From a virus, in the IMG/VR virus record IMGVR_UViG_3300020724_000005: a stretch of DNA of 64,000 nt. One strand, given 5' to 3'. Positions within the stretch are counted from its first letter, which is position 1; the number at the start of each line of letters is the position of its first letter. The translations under genes and the position numbers were made by a program. The notes under the pieces are model-generated. The model was not told where the DNA came from. It was given only the letters and a program-made list of their open reading frames with translations, and ran no database searches. This document shows, piece by piece, positions 42,496-51,400 of the stretch.

Positions 42496-44306
42496 TGCCA
42501 CAAAAAACACCAGGACCCATAGCAGATCTTTCAGCATCTTACATGAGATTGATGGAAGCCTTAAGCACATCTACGGCGATCTCAACGTCTTTAGATGCTT
42601 CTGTTGGTACTACTGCTGCCACTGGAATGGCCAAAGCATCAAAAAGCATATGGCAGACTATGTGGGATTACCTAAAAAAGATACCTGGACAGCTGTTTGG
42701 GGGCACTGGAGGATCTGGAAAAAGTGCTAGTGACCCTAGTCAGTTAGGCATAGCTAAGGTTTTAGAAATACTAGCTTCTATAGACTTGTGTTCTGTGATA
42801 AACACGTTGTCTAATCTTAAAGGAAAAGCGATATTTGATCCAAATAACCCACCAAAAGAATCAGGACTTCCATATACTAAATGGAAAGTACAAAAGGCGG
42901 CATATGACATCCAAAAAAGCCTGGATGCATTTTCTGCAGTATATGAAGCAACATCAGATCCTGCTGCTACAATAAACAACTTGCTACTAGAGCTTGTTCC
43001 ACTGCTAGAAGTAATAGTGGGACCTGCCTATTTAGGAGATCCTCAGATAAAACAATCATTTCCACAGACCTCGCCCTTCAACAATTTTATATCAGATCTA
43101 ATACAAAAGCTGCTTAAAACAGAGAGGATAAACAATTCTAATAAGCCAGCAATAAAATCTATACTGACTTCAGTCGGACTTTTAAGACAGATATGCGTAT
43201 TAATACAAGGCCTAACATCTCCAGCCAACCTGGCATCATATACAAGTAGCATTATAGATCCAAAGGTCGTGAAGTCTATAGATAGGCTTGGAGTAAATAA
43301 CATGAACGTAAAGCAGATCATCGTGACTCTTACCCAGGTTCAAAAGAAACTAACTGCGATAGAAAGAACTCTTGCTGTAATAACAAACACCCTGTCTAGG
43401 GTGCAAGCATTCATAAAGATCTGTCTTTCTATAGTAAAGATATTCAAAATAATAATAAACTTCTTGAAAGCGCTTCCTATGCCTACCATGTACACTACAG
43501 TGGGCATAAATGTAACAATGTCTGAGGCAGAAAGGGAGCTGTCAGACGAATCAGACAGAATGATCGCAATATTAAGCGAGCTGAATATCATGATGGCCAT
43601 AATAATATCAATGCTCCAAGCAGTAACAGGGGTCATAGATCTATTACTGACAAGCATGGATTCTATAGTAACAAATCTTGAGTCTTGCACTAGAGGTGGA
43701 ACAAATGAACCTCACATGCAAATGCTAAAAGATATCAAGCAGACAGTTCAAAACATAAGATCTAGCAATGATGATGTTAAATCGTATATAGACAACTGTA
43801 GAAACAAAAAGAATAATAGCGATCTTTCATATTATAACTACACTATAAAAATACTCACCGAAGTAATAAATGACAAGGAAGTTCAGAGTATCACTATACC
43901 TAGAAGGTATGGAATAGCAGTAAATTCAGCTGGAATAGAAGTAGTATCTACCGACCCTACGTATGCTTCAGATGATAGTATAATAATATCAGAGGTCAAA
44001 TTGCTTTTAAACTCAAAACATCTAATAAAATCAAATCCGAACGCGTTGTCTTTAGAAGAACAGGCCATCGTGGAAGAATCTTCAAATTTTTTGGTAGACG
44101 ATACAACTCCTATGGATGACATCCCTATAGATAGCCCAACAGACCAGATAGATGCTCCAGACAACGAAGACGATAATAAAGGACTCGGAATCAACGCGTT
44201 CTTCAATAAACAGAAAGGTGGAAGGAAAATGAGAGAGAAAGTAAGAAAAATAATGAATCAGAGCAAACAAAAGCTAAATTCTGATCTACAAAACGTAAAA
44301 AAATAG
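42495..44306 (+). CDS. Tape-measure / baseplate-hub-like protein (gp29-like by size and position, tentative)
   Basis: 603 aa, helical and hydrophobic in the central region, located between the spike-like and gp25-like genes. Confidence 0.35.
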   Translation: MPQKTPGPIADLSASYMRLMEALSTSTAISTSLDASVGTTAATGMAKASKSIWQTMWDYLKKIPGQLFGGTGGSGKSASDPSQLGIAKVLEILASIDLCSVINTLSNLKGKAIFDPNNPPKESGLPYTKWKVQKAAYDIQKSLDAFSAVYEATSDPAATINNLLLELVPLLEVIVGPAYLGDPQIKQSFPQTSPFNNFISDLIQKLLKTERINNSNKPAIKSILTSVGLLRQICVLIQGLTSPANLASYTSSIIDPKVVKSIDRLGVNNMNVKQIIVTLTQVQKKLTAIERTLAVITNTLSRVQAFIKICLSIVKIFKIIINFLKALPMPTMYTTVGINVTMSEAERELSDESDRMIAILSELNIMMAIIISMLQAVTGVIDLLLTSMDSIVTNLESCTRGGTNEPHMQMLKDIKQTVQNIRSSNDDVKSYIDNCRNKKNNSDLSYYNYTIKILTEVINDKEVQSITIPRRYGIAVNSAGIEVVSTDPTYASDDSIIISEVKLLLNSKHLIKSNPNALSLEEQAIVEESSNFLVDDTTPMDDIPIDSPTDQIDAPDNEDDNKGLGINAFFNKQKGGRKMREKVRKIMNQSKQKLNSDLQNVKK

Positions 44307-44314
44307 TATTTATA
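44306..44314 (+). promoter_or_regulatory. Promoter-like motif, variant GTATTTATA
   Basis: 4 nt upstream of the ATG at 44319. Confidence 0.35.
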
Positions 44315-44318
44315 GAAT

Positions 44319-44789
44319 ATGACAAAGTCGCAGTTATTTAGAAAAATGATCCGAGAAGAGGTACAAAAGGCTCTTCGTGAGGAAATGCCTAAGATACTTA
44401 GGGAGATCAAGTCTGTGCCAGAATCAAAGACTTCGTTGAAAGAGACAGTAGCGGACATGTACGGAGTGCCTTTAACGTTGAATCAACCAAAAAAGACGCC
44501 ACAAAACAAACAAAACATGCCAGCTTTTGCAAACAACCAAGCTTTGAATAGCCTTTTGCAAGAAACTATGTTAAGCATGACCAGCGATGATGCTGCTGGA
44601 TTTGGATACAACACAGAAGAACAGCATCCAGGAGTGGTATTTCAACCGAAAGAAGACAAAGTAGGTAGCGTAGATGACATGCTGGCAACTGCAAGAGGAG
44701 CTGGAAACATAGAGGCTGTACAAGTAAACGTGGTACCTGACTTTAGTGCTTTGATGGACAGATTACTAGAAAAAGGAGACATAAAGTAA
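44319..44789 (+). CDS. Hypothetical baseplate-module protein
   Basis: 156-aa ATG ORF. Confidence 0.55.
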   Translation: MTKSQLFRKMIREEVQKALREEMPKILREIKSVPESKTSLKETVADMYGVPLTLNQPKKTPQNKQNMPAFANNQALNSLLQETMLSMTSDDAAGFGYNTEEQHPGVVFQPKEDKVGSVDDMLATARGAGNIEAVQVNVVPDFSALMDRLLEKGDIK

Positions 44790-44790
44790 C

Positions 44791-45204
44791 ATGGCATACA
44801 ATCTGACCCAGATCCCTATAGCAGACCTAAAGCCGTCAATGGCGCTTGGTGTGGCGATACCGTTTCAAGCACCTGGAGCATTCACATCAGTCTATACGAC
44901 ATTAGAGCAGACAAAGTATAACATAATTAACTTTATGCTTACTGATCAGGGAGAGAGGCCGTTCAATCCAAACTTTGGAGCAGGGCTTAGATCTAGATTG
45001 TTTGAGCAGATAACTCAAGATGGACTTGACAGCCTAAAGCAGACAATATCCAACCAAATAGAGTTATACTTCTCAAATGTGATGGTAGATCAACTAAGCA
45101 TCACTGGAAATCCAAACGACAATTCCATATCTATAATATTGACGTACACTCTAAAGAACATACAATCAAGCGACAGCTTAGTGCTAAAGATACAAAACGG
45201 ATAA
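44791..45204 (+). CDS. Baseplate wedge protein, gp25/GPW-like
   Basis: 137 aa. INFMLTDQGERPFNPNFGAGLRSRLFE is the characteristic GPW_gp25 block. Confidence 0.8.
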   Translation: MAYNLTQIPIADLKPSMALGVAIPFQAPGAFTSVYTTLEQTKYNIINFMLTDQGERPFNPNFGAGLRSRLFEQITQDGLDSLKQTISNQIELYFSNVMVDQLSITGNPNDNSISIILTYTLKNIQSSDSLVLKIQNG

Positions 45205-45207
45205 AAG

Positions 45208-47046
45208 ATGGCAAATCAAACCATAGACATAAAATACATAAACAAGAACTTTTCTTCGTTTAAAAATGACCTGATAGAGTATGCACAAGCATACTATCCC
45301 ACAGTCTACACTGATTTCAATCAGGCATCTCCAGGCACAATGTTCATTGAGATGGCATCTTATATAGGAGATGTTATGTCATTCTACTTAGACAACCAGA
45401 TACAAGAAACGTTTGTTCAGTATGCAAAGCAACCAAACAATCTGTACACCCTTGCATACATGTTAGGTTACAGACCAAAGGTGACATCTGTAGCTTTAGT
45501 AGATCTAGATGTATACCAACAAGTCCCAGCAGTTACTGTAGGTGGTCTGCAGTATCCAGATTTTTCCTATGCCTTTACCATAAACGAAGGCATGCAAGTA
45601 AAATCTAACGTAAACTCTTCTGTGGTATTCTATGTTCCGGAAAAGGTAGATTTTACAACGTCCTCTTCTTTGAGTCCTACAGACGTAACAATATATACCG
45701 CTACTGGAACTGGAGTTCCGACTTCATATCTCCTAAAGAAAACTGTACAGGCAATATCTGGACAAATGAAGACTGCAAATTTCAGCTTTGGATCTGCTCA
45801 AAGGTTTAGCACAGTGTCAATAAACGACACGAACATAGTATCTATAGTATCTGCAAAAGATACTGCTGGAAACAACTGGTATGAAGTGCCTTATCTTGCC
45901 CAAGACTACATTCTTTTGAGATCTAACAATACGGCGTCTGATAATAACCAGGTACCTTACATGATACAAAAGACGTATGTTCCTGGAAGATTCACTTCTA
46001 GATTCAAATCAGATTCATCTCTCACCATAGAGTTTGGATCTGGAGTAAACAATGTAGCAGACACCGCAGTAGTGCCTGATCCAAACACAGTGAGTGTGGG
46101 CCTTACTCCAGGCGGGCTAAGCCAGATGTACACAGCATTTGATCCAACTAACTTTGTAACTACTCAGACTTACGGACTTGCTCCTCAAAACACCACTATA
46201 ACAATATCATATCTAGTGGGCGGTGGTGCATCTGCAAATGTTTTGTCAAATCAACTTACAAGCGTAGGAAACTTTACGATCACAGGAAACTCAACCTACC
46301 AGAATACTGTAGTTACAAACAACCCAAATCCGGCATCTGGAGGAGGTGACGGAGATACGGTAGATGAGGTGAGGATGAACTCTATGGTCCAATTTGGAAC
46401 ACAATACAGAGCAGTGACGCAACAAGACTACCTTGCAAGAGCACTCAGCATGCCTGGAGATTTTGGGAAAGTATCTAAAGCATACATAACTAAAGATGAC
46501 GTTACGTTTGGAAGCTATTTAGCAAATGATCCAGCTGACAGAGACCCAATACTCGTCAGTCTTTATGTTCTTGGGCTTGACATCAATGGAAATCTTGCAG
46601 CTCCTACTGAAAACCTGATAAGCAATTTACAGACGTATCTTCAAGATTATAGAATGCTGACTGATGCTATCAATATAAAACCTGGATACATCATCAACAT
46701 AGGAGTCAACTTTGATATATCATTGAGACCTAACTACAACTCCCAAGATGTTCTTGCAAGAGCACTATCAGCAGTACAGGACTTTTTTAATACAGATAAC
46801 TGGCAGATAAACCAACCAATAATACTAAGCAACCTATACTCAACGCTAGACTCAGTAGAAGGAGTTCAAACTGTAAAGAACGTGCAAATAGTGAATTTGA
46901 CTGGTGTAGCAAACGGATACTCTCAATATAGCTATGACATACAAGCTGGAACATTTGACAATGTGATCTATCCATCTTTGGACCCAAGCATTTTTGAAGT
47001 AAAATACCTGAACACAGACATAAAAGGACGTGTTGTAACAATGTAA
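45208..47046 (+). CDS. Baseplate wedge protein, gp6 / Baseplate_J-like
   Basis: 612 aa, directly after the gp25-like gene. SGGGDGDTVDEVRMNS...YRAVTQQDYLARALSMPG matches the Baseplate_J pattern. Confidence 0.75.
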   Translation: MANQTIDIKYINKNFSSFKNDLIEYAQAYYPTVYTDFNQASPGTMFIEMASYIGDVMSFYLDNQIQETFVQYAKQPNNLYTLAYMLGYRPKVTSVALVDLDVYQQVPAVTVGGLQYPDFSYAFTINEGMQVKSNVNSSVVFYVPEKVDFTTSSSLSPTDVTIYTATGTGVPTSYLLKKTVQAISGQMKTANFSFGSAQRFSTVSINDTNIVSIVSAKDTAGNNWYEVPYLAQDYILLRSNNTASDNNQVPYMIQKTYVPGRFTSRFKSDSSLTIEFGSGVNNVADTAVVPDPNTVSVGLTPGGLSQMYTAFDPTNFVTTQTYGLAPQNTTITISYLVGGGASANVLSNQLTSVGNFTITGNSTYQNTVVTNNPNPASGGGDGDTVDEVRMNSMVQFGTQYRAVTQQDYLARALSMPGDFGKVSKAYITKDDVTFGSYLANDPADRDPILVSLYVLGLDINGNLAAPTENLISNLQTYLQDYRMLTDAINIKPGYIINIGVNFDISLRPNYNSQDVLARALSAVQDFFNTDNWQINQPIILSNLYSTLDSVEGVQTVKNVQIVNLTGVANGYSQYSYDIQAGTFDNVIYPSLDPSIFEVKYLNTDIKGRVVTM

Positions 47047-47056
47047 AATACCAACA

Positions 47057-48154
47057 ATGGCAGTATATAAGATATTCGCTTCGGCAGATGCAACGCTATA
47101 CTCAGCGTATCCTACACAGAACACAGGTCTTGATGAGATCTTAGAAGTCGCATGTAAAAATAGCTCTGTGCCATCTGCTGTTCTTAGCTCAGGTGGAGGC
47201 GATGACATTCGTAGAGCGATGATTAAATTTAGCGGTGCTGATTTAAATACAGCATTTAGATTTTTTAATACAAGTGGGTATACTTATGATGCGTATCTAA
47301 GATTGTATCTTGCAACAGCAGAGAATCTTTCAAAAAACTATACATTAGAGATCGGAGAAGTATCTCAGTCTTGGACTATGGGAACGGGTAAATTCTTAGA
47401 TGACCCTGCTGCCACAAACGGAGTATGTTGGTCTACTTCTGATTCTATTACTCCATGGGTAAATCCTATATATTACAACACTCCAGGAGGGGGTAATTGG
47501 GTATCAGGAAAAATTTCAGAAGACGTATTTGATTATAAAGATAATAAAGACATAAATGTTCAAGTAAATGATATTGTAAATTCGTGGGCTACTACCGGTA
47601 CAAATAACGGATTCATCGTTAAGTTTCCAATAGAAGTAGAACAGAACTCTGGTAGCTACATAGGGCTTAGCTTTTTCAGCGTAGATACTCACACCATATA
47701 TGCACCTACGTTGGAGTTCAGATGGGACGATTCTACCTATGATACTTCTAGTCTCAGCGTGGTAGACAACAGCAACATCATAGTGACCATAGCAAACAAT
47801 CCAGGGACTTTCAAGTATGAGACGTCTGGATATGGTGGACTATACAACTTCAGGATAGCGGCAAGGGATAAGTTCCCAGCAAGAGCGTTCGTTACTTCTT
47901 CTGTGTACACCGTCAATAAAGTCTTGCCTGCTACTTCTTACTGGGCTATACAAGACGTTAAGACAGAAGAGATGGTGATCGATTATGACGTAAATTATAC
48001 AAAGATAAGCTGTGATTCTAACGGATCTTTCTTTCCTTTTTTTACCGGAGGATTGGAACCCGAAAGATATTATAAAATATTAATAAAAATTGTATTAGAT
48101 TCTGGAGAGACTATAGAGATCGATAACAACAGCGTATTTAAAATAGTAAGATAG
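47057..48154 (+). CDS. Baseplate/fibre-associated structural protein
   Basis: 365-aa ATG ORF. Assigned by position only. Confidence 0.5.
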   Translation: MAVYKIFASADATLYSAYPTQNTGLDEILEVACKNSSVPSAVLSSGGGDDIRRAMIKFSGADLNTAFRFFNTSGYTYDAYLRLYLATAENLSKNYTLEIGEVSQSWTMGTGKFLDDPAATNGVCWSTSDSITPWVNPIYYNTPGGGNWVSGKISEDVFDYKDNKDINVQVNDIVNSWATTGTNNGFIVKFPIEVEQNSGSYIGLSFFSVDTHTIYAPTLEFRWDDSTYDTSSLSVVDNSNIIVTIANNPGTFKYETSGYGGLYNFRIAARDKFPARAFVTSSVYTVNKVLPATSYWAIQDVKTEEMVIDYDVNYTKISCDSNGSFFPFFTGGLEPERYYKILIKIVLDSGETIEIDNNSVFKIVR

Positions 48155-48155
48155 C

Positions 48156-48494
48156 ATGGAAAGCTTTGATCTAGTAAAAGAAGTCAGAGGTTTAAATACC
48201 TACAAGAAGGCGATAGATACAGGCTTTTCTGAGCTTGTAAGTCCTGCTCCTACGGTTAACGTGAGCGCAGTTACCGTATCAGACTTTTTCACTTACTACG
48301 ATCAGCTTTTCTTTGACATACCAGTTTCAGGATCTACAAACTCCCACATGTACTTGGTACAAAGAAGCCAACAATACATAGGAGGAAATACAGTAGATAT
48401 AGAAAAACAAGCTCTCATAGAAGAAATAAACTCTCTGAGACAGCAGCTTGTTAGTTTGAGTGAAACATACCTTAACATAAGTGAAATATCATAA
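48156..48494 (+). CDS. Small structural-module protein with a C-terminal coiled coil
   Basis: 112-aa ATG ORF. Its stop overlaps the next start. Confidence 0.55.
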   Translation: MESFDLVKEVRGLNTYKKAIDTGFSELVSPAPTVNVSAVTVSDFFTYYDQLFFDIPVSGSTNSHMYLVQRSQQYIGGNTVDIEKQALIEEINSLRQQLVSLSETYLNISEIS

Positions 48495-51400
48495 TGGCAG
48501 AGATAGTAAATATATCATACATAGGAGCAGGAAATGAAACTCAGACGTACAGTCAAAAAGACGATGCGCTGATAACCAATAATACTATCTACTCAAAATT
48601 TGGTGATCCTAATGACTACATTGAGTACTTCATATACGATCTGAATAATCAACTGATCGACTACAACTATGACGCAAACAACTACTATCCTGGACGTGGC
48701 GCCAGCAATCCTGTAACTCAGCAGTATGGTACTATAAATCTAGATCCTCAATCAGATCTAAAGTCTAGAGGATATGACAGAGGTTCTTTGAACATCCAGT
48801 ATAATTTTCACAGAAACCTGTTCAATTCAAGCTATGGCAGATTCTTTTGGATAAAAGAAATATCTCCTAGCAGAACTGAAATAAAGCTTGCATCACAAAA
48901 CATAAGCAACACTGATATTCTAAATGGGTATACTCAGTATCAAGCATATGCCGCAGGTCTAAATTACTATAACGACTTTTATCTAAACTTTGGCAATAAT
49001 GAGCTTTTGATAGCAGTGAATGTTGCCTATACAGAAGATGCTGATGGAAGCTACATTCTGATAAAACTGTATGAACCGCTTCCAGCAGACCACGACGTAA
49101 AAGACCAGCTCTGGATAGTAGAAAAGCTTGCAGAACCTGCCACATACAACGTTGATGTGCAAGTAGAGGCTGTAGATGTTGTTCAACAAAACAGGCTAAA
49201 AGGACCAAATTTTAACGTAAAAGTAAACCAAACCGTTAATCAGACTACTCCTTACTACTCTCATGATAGTCTATTCTCTACATCTGTATCAAGCTCTTAT
49301 CAGAAGATGATAAGCTATTACCAAGATAAGTCAATATCGATCAATGTAGACTACTCCGACTTTTCAAACTTCATACACTTTTCTAGCGCCACTAGCAGAA
49401 TAAACAATTTTGTTTACAAGCTAAAAAGCATAGAGACTTACAATACTCAGATCTTAGCAAGCCTTGCACTCCAGGGTGGAATATCAAACCCTAGCGTGTC
49501 TGCGTCTGTTATTCTGCTTCAAAATTCAATAAGTGATCTCATAACAAACTTTGATGGATACGAGTACTACTTATACTATTCTTCTGGATCATCTGCTTGG
49601 CCAAAATCAAACTCAAAACAGCCATATACGCTGTACTCTGTTACATCTTCTCAAGCGTTGAACTGGCTTGGATCTAGTACAACAGTGCCTACTCTGTCAA
49701 CATACTCAATACTGTATTCTGCGTCTTACTATGACGCAACAAACAAAGATCTGCTGACGAATTCAATACCTCAGTATCTGCAAGATGATTCTACAAATGA
49801 GCCATATGTAACTTTTGTAAACATGGTGGCTCAACACTTTGATAACATCTGGATATACTATAAGGACGTCACCAATAGATTCAATGCTACCAATAATCCA
49901 AACACTGGAGTGTCTCCTGATGTTGTTGCAGATGCAATAATAGGCCTTGGAACTACTCTATATACTAACACGAACGTATCAGACAACCTGTATTATAGTC
50001 TTTTTGGGATAAACCAAGACGGATCTTTGCTCCCTCCTACAGGATCTGAAAAAATAACTACCTATGTAACATCCAGCATAGCAACTGAATCTGCCAATGA
50101 TGTTCAAAAAGAGATCTATAAAAGGATCTACCACAACATCCCCTATCTGTATAAGACCAAAGGAACAAGAGCAAGCATACAAGCGTTGATCAACATATTC
50201 GGTATACCAAAGTCAGTGTTGACAATAAACGAGTTTGGGGGGTATAACAGGTATTCAAAGGACGGAGTATTTGAGATAAACAACAACAAGATCACAGGAT
50301 CTCTTTCTGTTCCAATGCTGAGTGGATCTGGAAATCTGCTACACCCCGATGTTACTATACAGTACTATCAGAACGACAACAGACTAAATTCTAGGAACTT
50401 AGAGGTAGGATTTTCTCCTGCAGATGAGATAAACTCTGTGGTGACTTCGTCTCTTGGGCTATTCAACATAGACCAATACATAGGCGATCCATCATACCAG
50501 TACTCAGGATCTTATCCAGCGCTTGATCAAGTGAAGAGGAACTTCTTCTCTGGATACAGCTACTACCACAACGTTTACGAGTACATAAGGATTCTGAAAT
50601 ACTACAACAACTCTCTGTTCAAGATGGTGCAAGATTTTGTACCGGCAAGGGCAGATCTGTCTACTGGCTTGATCGTAAAATCTCACTTGCTTGAAAGAAA
50701 CAAGTATCAGAGACACGAACCGGCTGTAGACATGAGCATGAACTTCTCTGAGTCTATAGATCTGATAAAAGTATCAGGCGCAGATCCAGGTGAGATACCG
50801 TTCTCAACAGCAAACAACACATACTCTCAGTTTACTCTGATACCTCTATCGAACCCAACAGGATCTGCCCCAGTATACGGTCCAGTTCCGATCTCAAACA
50901 CATACTCTTGGGAGAAATATACAGGTGAATTCGGAGGCTCTGAGATACAAGCTGACTATCATAACTTTGATCAAACTGAGTACACTTCTATAACAAGTCC
51001 TTGGACATCTTCTGTAGCTGGAGGTTGTCAATTAATTAAGATACAAAATAGCAACTTAATTGGACAAAATATAACTGCTAATTTTACTCTGTGTGACGGT
51101 ACTCCATCTAGCTCCTATATCGCAGGTGGAGCTGACTCATCAACGCCAAATATCTGTATGAGAACTGGAGCTCCGATAACTATAACTCCAACATACGGAT
51201 TGACTTATATATTTCGTAATGGAGATTGTACTCCTCCTAAAATGTATGTAGGTCAAGATCAAGGAGCTCTATACAACAACGTGACGTCTTCTGTGACTTC
51301 AAAACTGGTGACAGAAGCAGAATACAGCTATGGGATCAACACTCCTGTGAATTTTGATAACATAAAGACACAGAACTCTTGTCAAAATTGTAATAGGGTA